DNA of 64,000 nucleotides from Chloroflexota bacterium (GCA_963663275.1 OY760183.1:1280001-1344000), one strand, 5' to 3'; shown: positions 38,175 to 48,235, counted from the stretch's first letter. The notes: a model not told the origin generated them from the letters alone. Numbers and translations: made by a program.

Positions 38175-39725
38175 ATGCGTGCCGTAGAATTCGACCCCAA
38201 CCTTATCCGGCTGCCGCTGGACTACCAAGGCACGCCGGAACTGGCGGAGATTCGCGTGACCGTGCCCAGCATCGTGCCGCCGGATGTGAGCAACGGCGAA
38301 TTCAAGATTGGCCTAGAATTGCGGGATCGGTGGGGGTTTCATCTACCTAAGCAGAGCGCCCATTTAGAGTTGATGCTAGAAGGCGCAAGCGGTGAGTTCC
38401 CGGCGACCGTGCCCATGCTGCCGGAGTACGACAGCCACTATGCCGTGCGCGGCCGCGTAACCGAAAAGGACACGGTCTTTCGCGTGCGGGCGCGCGACCG
38501 GGAGACCGGCGTCGAGGCGCTGAGCAATCCCGGCTGGGCGCCGGCGTATCTCTACCGGGGCGATCACAAGCTCTACTGGGGCGACCTGCACTGCCACCGG
38601 CTGGAGAATCCCAGCAGAAAACGCGCGGATCCGCTGTTGTGGAGCTATGGGCCCGCCACCGTGCACGAGGTGTACCGGTTTGCCCGGGACGTCGCGCATC
38701 TGGACTTCACGGCGCTCACCGACCACGACTACGCGCTCAGCACCGACGAGTGGCGCGAAATCCAGGAAGGCGCGGAGTTCTACAACCAGCCGGAGCGGTT
38801 CGTGACCTTTCTGGGTTACGAATGGTCCTGGAACCGGGGGCCGGACGCCGACTGCGGCCACCGCAACGTCATCTTTCGTCACGGCGACATGCCGCTGATC
38901 TCCAGCAATTGGCAGGGGTCGAATACGCCGCAGGACCTCTTCAACGTCTTTCGCGGTATCTCCCGCACGGGACGGGATATTCTCTCCATTCCCCATCATC
39001 CGGCGCGCTTGGGCAATCGCATCTGGCACAACTGGGAGACCATGGACCCTGAGTTCGAGCGCCTGATGGAGGTGTATAGCCACTGGGGCAGCAGCGAGCA
39101 TGAGGGCGAGCCTTACGCCTTGAAAGCCCGTAACGAGCGCACCCAGTGGGACGAGCCGCAAGCGGACTATCCACCCTATGAGGCCACCGGACACTTCCTG
39201 CAAGACGGCCTGCGGCGGGGCTTTCGTTTCGGTTTCGTGGGCGGCAGCGAGAGCCACGACGGCCGTGCTACCAGCAGCGTGCAGATCGCGCACTTGCCCA
39301 TCAAGCTGACGACCTTCAACCACCACGCCGGCATGACGGGTCTCTGGTCGCGCCGCCGCGAGCGCGACGCCATGTTCAGCGCGCTCTGGAACCGCCGCGC
39401 CATCGGCACCACCGGCGTGCGTATCCTCCTCGATTTCGACGTGGACAACCAGCCCATGGGCGAAGTCATCAGCGTGCAAACGCCGCCTCAGCGCATGCGC
39501 GTGCGCGTCCACGGCTGCGCGCCGCTGGCCAAGGTGGTCGTGGTGAAGAATAACCGCGATTGGCACGTGGTGGAGCGTCCCGGTTGGGAGTGCGCCTTTA
39601 CGCTGGATGAGATAGAAATGCCGCAAGACCGCACCGATTGGTACTACGTGCGCGTGACGCAGGAGGACGGCGAGATGGCGTGGTCGAGTCCGATTTGGGT
39701 CGAAGACGCGCGCCGGGTGTTTTGA
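38175..39725 (+). CDS. DUF3604 / CehA-McbA-like PHP-fold metallohydrolase
   Basis: LYWGDLHCH, DFTALTDHD, FLGYEWS, GHRNV, IPHHP, GFVGGSESH, C-terminal YYVRVTQEDGEMAWSSPIW. Confidence 0.85.
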   Translation: MRAVEFDPNLIRLPLDYQGTPELAEIRVTVPSIVPPDVSNGEFKIGLELRDRWGFHLPKQSAHLELMLEGASGEFPATVPMLPEYDSHYAVRGRVTEKDTVFRVRARDRETGVEALSNPGWAPAYLYRGDHKLYWGDLHCHRLENPSRKRADPLLWSYGPATVHEVYRFARDVAHLDFTALTDHDYALSTDEWREIQEGAEFYNQPERFVTFLGYEWSWNRGPDADCGHRNVIFRHGDMPLISSNWQGSNTPQDLFNVFRGISRTGRDILSIPHHPARLGNRIWHNWETMDPEFERLMEVYSHWGSSEHEGEPYALKARNERTQWDEPQADYPPYEATGHFLQDGLRRGFRFGFVGGSESHDGRATSSVQIAHLPIKLTTFNHHAGMTGLWSRRRERDAMFSALWNRRAIGTTGVRILLDFDVDNQPMGEVISVQTPPQRMRVRVHGCAPLAKVVVVKNNRDWHVVERPGWECAFTLDEIEMPQDRTDWYYVRVTQEDGEMAWSSPIWVEDARRVF

Positions 39726-39950
39726 TAAAACGCGCGGGCGCGGGAAACCCCTCATGCGTGGGGGTTCTCACGTGTAGGGGCGGTTCGCGAACCGCCCCTA
39801 CGGCCCGTAAAGCGAATCAATGCTGGCGCATCTAACGCAATATGAATGAAAACCACGCAACACTTCTCCGGTAGCGCAGGTTTGTAACCTGCGTCTTTGC
39901 ACGGCCAATCCCATCCGTGTTTGTGTCATGCACCGGCGGGGGACAAGCCC

Positions 39951-40112
39951 CAATGCTGTCGCATTAAACACAATGAGAGTGAAAACAACGCTCGTTTCTC
40001 CGGTAGCGCAGGTTTGTAACCTGCGTCTTCCGTAGGGTCAATCCATTTCGTTAGCATTTCTCTTATTCCGGCGGGGGACAAGCCCCCGCGCTACGTTAAT
40101 GCGACAGTATTG
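39951..40112. mobile_element. MITE family B (162 bp) inserted in a REP
   Basis: 11-bp TSD GGGACAAGCCC (39940-39950, 40113-40123); near reverse complement of 5139-5300. Confidence 0.88.
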
Positions 40113-40293
40113 GGGACAAGCCCCCGCGCTACGGTGATGTGGGACGGTTCGCGATCCGCCCCTACGTTTCGCCGTGGGTACACGTCCGTAGCGGGCAAAA
40201 AGCGCCTGGCGCCATGCTGTGATACGATACCGCAGGGTTGGAGTGTCATAGAAGAGGCAATGCGAGCGGCAAGACGAAAGGGTGCGGTCAGAC

Positions 40294-42126
40294 ATGTCTG
40301 CGAACGCCAACGGACGGTTTCAGGTCAGCGCAGAGGGGCCGCTGCGGGTTGGGGAGATAGTGCCGCTGGCGTTGCGTTACGCGCCGCCTGCGGGGGGCCT
40401 GCGGGCCGGCGGCAATCTTTGGTTCTTCTACGACATCCGGCAGTTCGGCGACCGCCGGCACGTGTACGGGGCGGACGGGGTAAGCGTGCGCGGGCCGGCG
40501 GGAACGGCCTGGGAAGCCCGGGGGCTGATGGACGGACGCCAGGTGCGTACGTTCGACCTTCATCCGCCCGCGCCCGAGTTCCTCCACGCCGTGCACGTGC
40601 GGTGCGCGCAGGGCACGCTGGCGGAGGATGACGAGATTACCGTGCACGTGCGCACCGCGCCTGAGGGTTTCGTGCTGCCGGTGAACGCCATCGACGCCTT
40701 TCGCTTCTGGCTGGTGGAAGACCCAACGGGCGCGCTCACGCTCTATCACCCCGAGCGCGACAAGTATCACTACTTCCTGCCGCGGGCGGCGGAACTTTCC
40801 GTGCTGGAGAGCAATGCGCTCACCATCAGGGAAGCGGAACCGGCCGCGCTGCAAGTGACCGCGCCTTCCCATGCCACAGGTCACGCAGACACGCGCGTCG
40901 TCGTCACCGACCGCTTTGGCAATCCCATCCACGACGCCGCAGGCGAAGTTGCCTTGCGCACCGCCAGCGGCGAGACGGCGGCCGCGCTGAACTCGTTTAG
41001 CGCCGAGGCGTCCGTGCCGGTGCGCGGGCCGGTGGAACGGGTGACGGCGTCGTATAACGGCATCCAGGCCGCCAGCAATCCGGTGCGGGTTGACAAGGAT
41101 ACGGAACCGTTCACGCTCTATTGGGGCGATCCCCACGGCATGTTGTTCAACCAGCGCCCGATTGTGGAGCACTTCGCCTGGGGCAAGGACGTGAACGCCC
41201 TCGACTTTGCCGGCGGGCAGCTCTTTTCGTACAGCATCTGCATCAGCGAAATCTGGGAAGAGTTGCAGGAGGCGTGGGCGCAATACGACCTGCCGGGCGA
41301 GTTCGTGGCCTTGCCGTCGGCGGAGTTCGCCACCGGCCCGGACGGCAGCCACCGGCATGGATTCTTCCCTGCGCCTGCGGGCCAACCGCCGGTGTTCTGT
41401 GAGGACCGTCCCGCCGCCAACGACCCCAAACTGCACGCGCGCTTTCACCCCGATACCGTCTACTGCCGCGACTACCAGGAGTTCTACCGCGAGATGAAGC
41501 GCCGGGGCGCGCTCATCCACGGCCACTTCCACACTCACTTCTACGTGCAGGAGCACCTGGCGGAGATTTACCAAAAGCAACAAACCGACGGATTTACTGA
41601 GGAAGAAAAAATCAACCAGTTTCTGATGCGCGGCGTGAAACTCGGCATCGTCAGCGGCAGCGATACCCACGATAACCGGCCCGCCAATCCCTATAAAGAG
41701 CCGGGCCCGTCCGGCCCCGCCGGGCTGACCGGCGTGTGGGCGGAACGGCTCGACCGTCCGGCCATTTTCGAGGCGCTCTTCAACCGGCGCTGCTACGCCA
41801 CCACCGGCGCGCGCATCATCGTGGACTTCCGCGTGAACGGCACGTGGGTGGGTTCCACGATACAGGCCGACCGCTTCACGTTCGCGGCGGACGTGGCCGG
41901 CACGGCGGACATCGAACAGATCGACCTGGTGGTGAACGGCGATACGGCCAGAAGCTACACGCCCAACCGGCAGCACGCTCAGATAGAGGATGAGGTACCG
42001 CTGCGGTTCTCGCCGGTGAATGCCAACTACTGCTACCTGCGCGTGCGGCAGGTGGACGGAAACCGCGCGTGGACGAGTCCGGTTTGGCTGGAGCCAACCG
42101 TCACTCCGGCGAAAGCCGGAGTCTAG
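40294..42126 (+). CDS. DUF3604-like PHP-fold protein, divergent paralog
   Basis: LYWGDPHG, LGIVSGSDTH, GLTGVWA..L.R.AIFEAL..RRCYATTG, YLRVRQVDGNRAWTSPVW. Confidence 0.8.
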   Translation: MSANANGRFQVSAEGPLRVGEIVPLALRYAPPAGGLRAGGNLWFFYDIRQFGDRRHVYGADGVSVRGPAGTAWEARGLMDGRQVRTFDLHPPAPEFLHAVHVRCAQGTLAEDDEITVHVRTAPEGFVLPVNAIDAFRFWLVEDPTGALTLYHPERDKYHYFLPRAAELSVLESNALTIREAEPAALQVTAPSHATGHADTRVVVTDRFGNPIHDAAGEVALRTASGETAAALNSFSAEASVPVRGPVERVTASYNGIQAASNPVRVDKDTEPFTLYWGDPHGMLFNQRPIVEHFAWGKDVNALDFAGGQLFSYSICISEIWEELQEAWAQYDLPGEFVALPSAEFATGPDGSHRHGFFPAPAGQPPVFCEDRPAANDPKLHARFHPDTVYCRDYQEFYREMKRRGALIHGHFHTHFYVQEHLAEIYQKQQTDGFTEEEKINQFLMRGVKLGIVSGSDTHDNRPANPYKEPGPSGPAGLTGVWAERLDRPAIFEALFNRRCYATTGARIIVDFRVNGTWVGSTIQADRFTFAADVAGTADIEQIDLVVNGDTARSYTPNRQHAQIEDEVPLRFSPVNANYCYLRVRQVDGNRAWTSPVWLEPTVTPAKAGV

Positions 42127-42177
42127 TCTTTGCTAATGGCAGTAAGGGCCGAATAACTTGAACCAAGAGGAACAGAA

Positions 42178-43251
42178 ATGGAAGAAATCGAACTCTGGGC
42201 GATTGAAGACTCTCAGATCGTGCCCATAGAGCGCGCAAAGATGGACTTGGAGAGCAGTTTGGAGGACACGCTTGTCGCACACCCGGACATGTTATTGCCT
42301 AATCTAAAGCTGGTATGCCGACAAACGCCAGTAGGCGGTGGGAAGCTTGATCTACTGGGCGTCGATGATGAAGGCAAGCTTGCTGTATTCGAGCTAAAGC
42401 GCGGCCCGGTACCTCGGGACGCCGTAGGCCAAGTGATAGATTATGCGTCTGCACTCGAAGCCATGAGTGAGAGCGAATTAGCCGCCCTGATCTCCGAATA
42501 CTCCGGTCGGCTCGGAATCGAAGAAATAGGCAACTTTGCGGAATGGTACAGCGAAGGGTTCAGGTTATCACTGGACTCTTTACGACCAGTGAGTATGTAC
42601 CTCGTTGGCCTGGGAACAGATGATACTACTAAGCGCATGGTGGACTATCTGACTGAACATGGCGTGGATATATCCCTTCTAACTTTCAACGGCTTTGCAT
42701 ACTCGGGCAAGACCTTGCTAGCCAAACAGGTGCAAGTAGCTCCTGTTGTGCCATCACATCTATCACGGGAGGAGCGATTGCGTTCGCTTGAAAGTCTCGC
42801 AACGGAAATGGGTGTAGCCGACCTCATGGCTGCGGCGAAGGATATGTTCTCTAGTTCCTGGGACAAAGTGACTCAGGGGAGGTACTCGTCTCTCCCGAAT
42901 CCAGAGCCAACAAAGACGGGGATAACATACTACTTGCCACGACTGAATGATTCGGGGAATTCCTCCAGCCCCGCTTTTTCGTCCATCCAACTGGACGAAA
43001 AAGAGAGAGCAGTCAAAGTGCGGTTCTATCCGCGGGCAATAGATCTATGCATAGAGAGGTTCGCCCAACTGGACCCCAAGAAGATCCCGTTTGAAAAACA
43101 AACTCCACGCAATGCGGCCACAACGGATCGAGTGAAACAGGAGATTCTATTCCCCTTGTATTCACTCGACGAATGGGAGGCGCGCAAAGGCAAGTTGGGT
43201 GAATTGACGCGAGCTACCTTTGAGGGTTGGATGGAAGAAGAGGGTCAGTAG
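42178..43251 (+). CDS. NucS-like (DUF91) PD-(D/E)XK endonuclease domain protein
   Basis: LE..LED, RQTPVGGGKLDLLGVD, VFELKRG, AVGQVIDYAS; visibly lower GC. Confidence 0.8.
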   Translation: MEEIELWAIEDSQIVPIERAKMDLESSLEDTLVAHPDMLLPNLKLVCRQTPVGGGKLDLLGVDDEGKLAVFELKRGPVPRDAVGQVIDYASALEAMSESELAALISEYSGRLGIEEIGNFAEWYSEGFRLSLDSLRPVSMYLVGLGTDDTTKRMVDYLTEHGVDISLLTFNGFAYSGKTLLAKQVQVAPVVPSHLSREERLRSLESLATEMGVADLMAAAKDMFSSSWDKVTQGRYSSLPNPEPTKTGITYYLPRLNDSGNSSSPAFSSIQLDEKERAVKVRFYPRAIDLCIERFAQLDPKKIPFEKQTPRNAATTDRVKQEILFPLYSLDEWEARKGKLGELTRATFEGWMEEEGQ

Positions 43252-43392
43252 CCGTTGCAAGGCTAGCCGTGTTCGCGCTTGAAGCTGGGGCGGCCACTAG
43301 TGGGTGGGTTGCGTAGTTTATTCGTCCCTTGAGGGAATCCGCTGTTTCCGATGCTGCGGAGACGAACCACATGGATGATTCGAGTCTAGAAC

Positions 43393-44502
43393 ATGGCTGA
43401 TTTTGCGCGCATAACGCGGTCAATGGAAGAACAGCGCTTGGACGCGCTGGTGACGCTCGGCATGCGCAACTGCGCCTATTTGGCCGGCGCCGTCAGCGAG
43501 GGGCCGTGGCTCAATGAGCCGCAGGGCCTCGCGCCGTGGATGACGTGTCTCATACCGCCCGACCGGTCGTTTACGTTTGGCGGCGGCGTGGGGGATGCCG
43601 ATCTGCCGGTGGAGGGGTTTGCGCCCGACCACACGCGGGCGGCGCGGTTGACGGAACTGGCGGCGCAGATGCGCCGGCGCGGATTGGCCCGAGCGCGCAT
43701 CGGCCTGGACATGGACTTCGCCTCGGCCAGCGACCTGGCGCGGCTGCGGGAACTGCTGCCGGAGGCCGCGTTCGTATCCGCCGACCTGCTGCTGGCCGCC
43801 GCGCGGGCCTGCAAGACGCCGCAGGAAATTCAATGGCTGCGCAAGGCGATTGCCGCATCTGAGGCCGGGTATCGGGAAATGCTGCGCGAGGTGCGTGTGG
43901 GCATGACCTTTCAAGATTTGGTGACGGTCTGGGCCAAGGCGGTGCTGGACAACGGCGCCTTGCCGATCAATACGTCGCCGGTCTCGTGGATGCTGCCCGG
44001 CGGCGGCACGAGCCTGCGGGAGCAGCCGGACGCGGCGGTGATTCGCGGTCCCGGCATTGTGGAGGCGGGCTTGGTCTACCGCGTGGATCTGGCCGCCATC
44101 TCCGGCGGCTATTTTTCCGACCAGAAGTTCAATTTCAGCGTGGGCGCGCCGCGCGAGGCGAGCCTGGCGGTCTGGCGGCAGCACCGCGAGCGGCAACTGT
44201 TCATGGAAGATTTCGTGCGTCCCGGCAAGACCAAACGCGAGGTATTCGACGCCTGCCAGCGCGCGTTCACGGACACGGACGAGTACGCCTGGTGGATTCA
44301 CGGCGTCGGCATGGATAAGCACGAGGAGCCGTTGATCGGCAGTTTGCTGCCGGCCGCGGTTGACGTGCGGCCGGAAATCACGTTTGCGGAGAACAACGTG
44401 GTGTCGCTGGAGTCGTCGTGGCTGGAGGAGGACATGTACGTTTTGAAACAGGATGGGTTCGAGCGGTTGGGGACGATTCCGCAGGAAGTGGCGATTGTGT
44501 GA
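43393..44502 (+). CDS. M24 (Xaa-Pro peptidase-like) metallo-amidohydrolase
   Basis: Creatinase-N-like domain, KTPQEI, metal ligands in VDL..GGYFSD, HGVGMDKHEEP, SLES, LEED. Confidence 0.85.
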   Translation: MADFARITRSMEEQRLDALVTLGMRNCAYLAGAVSEGPWLNEPQGLAPWMTCLIPPDRSFTFGGGVGDADLPVEGFAPDHTRAARLTELAAQMRRRGLARARIGLDMDFASASDLARLRELLPEAAFVSADLLLAAARACKTPQEIQWLRKAIAASEAGYREMLREVRVGMTFQDLVTVWAKAVLDNGALPINTSPVSWMLPGGGTSLREQPDAAVIRGPGIVEAGLVYRVDLAAISGGYFSDQKFNFSVGAPREASLAVWRQHRERQLFMEDFVRPGKTKREVFDACQRAFTDTDEYAWWIHGVGMDKHEEPLIGSLLPAAVDVRPEITFAENNVVSLESSWLEEDMYVLKQDGFERLGTIPQEVAIV

Positions 44503-44642
44503 GTGGTGGGATTGGTTTTCCCCGTGTGCGGGATTGGCGGATTGTGCCCGGTGGATGTGGGCGACCACGAGAAGCACAGAGGGCAACCACAAGGGTTGCC
44601 CCTACGGCATTCATGCAATAGACAAATTGAAAGGAGAGGCCG

Positions 44643-46001
44643 ATGGCAATTGCGGAGCGGCAGGAGACCGGCGTGCTGCCGGAGGGGGTGCGCGCGCCGT
44701 ATGATTGGGCGCTGGAGCAGATGCGCGTGCCGGAGGCTCACGCCATAACCCAGGGCAGCCCGGACGTGGTGGTGGCGGTCATCGACTTGGGGTACCGGTT
44801 TCATCCCGACCATGAAGGCCATTTGTGGGTCAATCCCCGTCCCACGCGCGGCGACGTGCACGGCTGGGACTTTGCCGAGGAGGACGCCACGCTCGAATAC
44901 GAAGGGTCGCGCGACGATACCACCTACCTTCGCGGGCACCATGCGTTCGTCGTGGGAGAGGTGGCGGCCACCGCGCCCGCATGTCCCATCATGGTCTTGC
45001 GCGTCGGCTACGAGCCGCATCACCAGAAGAGTTGGCCGCGCGCCGTGCGCTACGCGGTGGACCATGGGGCCAAGGTGCTCGTGATGCCCCACGGCTACAT
45101 CACCCTGGACCACACCGACGGCGTGCCGCTGTTCTACAAAGGCACCGACTTCAGCTATCCGTATGACAACATCGGCCTCATCGAGGCGCTGGACTATGCG
45201 TATCAATCGGGCTGCCTGGTCTTCAAGGGCACGGCGGACAATCGCGGGCGACGGGTCGCCACCGTAAACGCCGGTATTGACAGCGTCTTTGCCGTCGGCT
45301 CCACGAACCGGCACGGGCGCGCGGCGAACATCGCGGCCTCGGCGGACTACGTAGAAGCGGCCACGCCCGGCGGCGAGCGCAATACGGACGACCCGACCGA
45401 GTCGATTTGGGGCACCGGCGGCGACCGCGACTACATACCGTTCGAGGGCGGCTGCATGGCGTCGGCCTTTGGCGGCGGCGTCGCGGCGCTGGCGTTTTCC
45501 CAATATCCGCACCTTTCTAATCGCGAGATACGAGAAATCCTGCGCAATACGTCCCAGGGCAGCGGCTGGGATCCCCTGCTGGGTCACGGTATCTTCGACG
45601 CCTATAGCGCCGTTTCGCTTGCGCCGCGCGAACTCTCGGCGGGACTGCGCGTCGATACGGCGGCATCCCAGGTGCGCCGTGATGATGGGCGGCTGGTGGC
45701 GGAGATCGTGGTGGAAAACACCGGTGCGTTCGACGTGCGCCGGATGCTGGCGGTGGCGTTCAACGGCGATCCTAAGACGGCCGCCGATGCCGATGCGACT
45801 CGTGAGGAGTCGAATATCCTGATACGGCGTCAAATCGGACACTGTATCGGGGCTGCGCCAGGTTTGGAGCGCGCGTCTGTATCGCTTGAATTAGACGGCG
45901 ATTCGCCGGATGAGGTGTGGGTGCAGGTGAACGCGCTGGACACGGGTATGGCGGGGGTCTACGATACGGCGCGAATTCTTCCTGACGGCGGCACAGCCTG
46001 A
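44643..46001 (+). CDS. S8 subtilisin-fold protein with Cys at the nucleophile position
   Basis: VVVAVIDLG (Asp48), DVHGWDF, GHHAFVVGEVAA (His99), AVRYAVDHGAKV, GTADN (Asn200), VFAVGST, VEAATPG, EGGCMASAFGGGVAAL (Cys271), LGHGIFDAYSAV. Confidence 0.88.
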   Translation: MAIAERQETGVLPEGVRAPYDWALEQMRVPEAHAITQGSPDVVVAVIDLGYRFHPDHEGHLWVNPRPTRGDVHGWDFAEEDATLEYEGSRDDTTYLRGHHAFVVGEVAATAPACPIMVLRVGYEPHHQKSWPRAVRYAVDHGAKVLVMPHGYITLDHTDGVPLFYKGTDFSYPYDNIGLIEALDYAYQSGCLVFKGTADNRGRRVATVNAGIDSVFAVGSTNRHGRAANIAASADYVEAATPGGERNTDDPTESIWGTGGDRDYIPFEGGCMASAFGGGVAALAFSQYPHLSNREIREILRNTSQGSGWDPLLGHGIFDAYSAVSLAPRELSAGLRVDTAASQVRRDDGRLVAEIVVENTGAFDVRRMLAVAFNGDPKTAADADATREESNILIRRQIGHCIGAAPGLERASVSLELDGDSPDEVWVQVNALDTGMAGVYDTARILPDGGTA

Positions 46002-46195
46002 GCGGCTTGCCCAAGACGGTGATTGCCTTTTGCGCCAAGAGGCGGGGGACAAGCCCCCGCGCTACGCTAACGCGAGAGTATTTGGGACTAGCCCCCGCGC
46101 TACGCCAGGCGCTGGCGGTTCGGTGAAGATTTGCTTCGTCGCGTAGCATCGGAGCGCATTAGAATTCATAAATGTAGTTTGTGGGGTGAATTGCA

Positions 46196-47215
46196 ATGCG
46201 CATTGCAGCCGTTGAGGTCGCGCCTTGGAAAGATGACGCCGCGTTTGTCTACTCGGTGGTCTTCGACGAAGGCACCATCGATTGCCTGGCGAACGCCTTT
46301 CCCATTGGGCAGCGGTACGGCATTGCCGGCGACGTTGCGGTGGTGGCCGGGCAACTGGGCGAGAAGCGCCACGTGGAGCGCAGTTCGCTCAACGACTACT
46401 TCCACATGGGGCCGGAGCACCTGAAGTTTCTCCTCTCCCAGGGCTGGAGCGTCAGCAATCACAGCTACTCGCATCCGCCGTTGCGCGACCCCAGCCGCAT
46501 CGACTTTGCCCAGGAGGTCGTGGAGTCGTACCACACGCTGGAGCGCGCGCTCGGCCAACCGGCGCCGATCTTCTCTTCGTGGAACAGCTTTGAGGTCTAC
46601 GACGCGGTGCGGGCGTGGGTGCGGCGCGTGCCCGGCTACCTGGGCCTCACCCGCGCCTCCAACGACGCGGAGCACATCAACCCGCCGGACTTCGACCCGT
46701 TCAGCATCTGGCGCAACCGCCTGTGCGAGGACGATGAGATCGAGTATCTGCCGGAGTGGCTCTCGCGGCGCGGGTTCGCGCCGGAGCGGGCGCGGGGGCA
46801 GTGGCTGGTGGACGTGACCCATTTGGTGATGTACAAGACGCCCCAGGGGCACAAGTGCATCTCGCCGCGGGCGCTGGAAGGGCGCTTCGACCAGATGCGC
46901 ACGGCCTTTGGCGATGCGCTGTGGGCGGCGAACCCGGACGACGTGGTGCGCTACGCCTATTTGCGCCGCCATTGCGCGCCCGCCGTCACGCAGGAAGCGG
47001 ACGCCCGCGCGACCATCACTGTGGACTTTCCGGATCTGCCGCCGCAAATAGAGGAAGGCGAGTTGACATTCCTCGTCTCCTTTTCCGATGATACAGGACC
47101 GATACGTGTCCAAGGCCCGGACGGCGCGGCGTCCGTATCCCCGGCCGGCGAGCGGCGCGTCCGCTTCACCTGCCGCGTGGCCCCCGGCGCGGCGATAACG
47201 CTGGCAAGCCCGTAG
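46196..47215 (+). CDS. Polysaccharide deacetylase (NodB/CE4)-like protein
   Basis: YSVVFDEG, GWSVSNHSYSHP, late His in LVDVTH; extra C-terminal beta domain. Confidence 0.75.
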   Translation: MRIAAVEVAPWKDDAAFVYSVVFDEGTIDCLANAFPIGQRYGIAGDVAVVAGQLGEKRHVERSSLNDYFHMGPEHLKFLLSQGWSVSNHSYSHPPLRDPSRIDFAQEVVESYHTLERALGQPAPIFSSWNSFEVYDAVRAWVRRVPGYLGLTRASNDAEHINPPDFDPFSIWRNRLCEDDEIEYLPEWLSRRGFAPERARGQWLVDVTHLVMYKTPQGHKCISPRALEGRFDQMRTAFGDALWAANPDDVVRYAYLRRHCAPAVTQEADARATITVDFPDLPPQIEEGELTFLVSFSDDTGPIRVQGPDGAASVSPAGERRVRFTCRVAPGAAITLASP

Positions 47216-47348
47216 CCCCGCGATTGCCGTTGCCGAACGCCGCCGGCTGCGGGCGCCGCGCACAGTGGGTGGCTTCCCGGCGCCGTCCGGCGGTGTGTTA
47301 GGATAGCAGAGAATTCAATCCAATCAAGGCAGTAGAGGAGATAGCGCA

Positions 47349-48212
47349 ATGGAAGAGACCCGTCGCGACGGCTTGCCCGGAGTTGGGCTGCTGGTGCTGT
47401 GGATTGTGCTCCTGGTGGCGGACGTCGGGCTGTTCATCCTGGCGCTGTTTACGATTTGGTGGCTGATGTTCATTCCGATTCTCGCCTTCTGCGCGCTGCT
47501 CTTCGCGGCATTCGGATTCTTCATGGTCGCGCCCAACGAGGGCAAGGTGCTGCAACTCTTTGGCGCGTACCGGGGCACGGCGCGCCAGCCCGGCCTGCGC
47601 TACACCAATCCGCTCTATTCCAAGGGGCGAATCTCCTTGCGGGTACGCAATTTCGAGACCGGCCGGGTCAAGGTGAACGACCGGCGCGGCAACCCAATCG
47701 AAATCGCCTCCGTGGTCGTATGGCAGGTGGTGGATACGGCCGAGGCCACGTTCCAGGTGGACGATTACGAGAACTACGTGCACGTGCAGAGCGAGGCGGC
47801 GGTGCGCAACCTGGCCACCGGCTACTCGTACGACGCGCATGAGGAGGACGAGATCAGCCTGACCACCCACACCGCCGAGATTTCGGCGCAACTGAAGAAC
47901 GAAATCCAGGAGCGGCTGGCCCAGGCCGGCGTGGAGGTGCAGGAGGCGCGGGTGAGCCACCTGGCGTACGCGCCGGAGATTGCCGCGTCCATGCTGCGCC
48001 GCCAGCAGGCCGACGCGGTTATCGCCGCCCGCCAGAAGATCGTGGAAGGGGCCGTGGGCATGGTGGAGAACGCCTTGGGGATGCTGGCCGACCGCGAGGT
48101 CATCGAATTCGACGCCGAGAGCCGAGCGGCCTTGGTGAGCAATCTGCTGGTAGTCCTCACCAGCGAGAACGCCATCCAGCCCGTGGTCAACACCACCGCG
48201 TCCAACCAGTAA
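47349..48212 (+). CDS. SPFH (band 7) domain membrane protein
   Basis: Two N-terminal TM helices, KVNDRRGNPIEIA, LAYAPEIAASMLRRQQA, LVSNLLVVL. Confidence 0.93.
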   Translation: MEETRRDGLPGVGLLVLWIVLLVADVGLFILALFTIWWLMFIPILAFCALLFAAFGFFMVAPNEGKVLQLFGAYRGTARQPGLRYTNPLYSKGRISLRVRNFETGRVKVNDRRGNPIEIASVVVWQVVDTAEATFQVDDYENYVHVQSEAAVRNLATGYSYDAHEEDEISLTTHTAEISAQLKNEIQERLAQAGVEVQEARVSHLAYAPEIAASMLRRQQADAVIAARQKIVEGAVGMVENALGMLADREVIEFDAESRAALVSNLLVVLTSENAIQPVVNTTASNQ

Positions 48213-48235
48213 GAGCGCCGCGCGGGAGCGAGAAC

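Noticed and set aside
43393-44502. Creatinase completing a creatinine pathway with the creatininase-like and hydantoinase genes
   Set aside because: It keeps the full D/D/H/E/E metal set of M24 peptidases, whereas creatinase is metal-independent, and the genes are scattered
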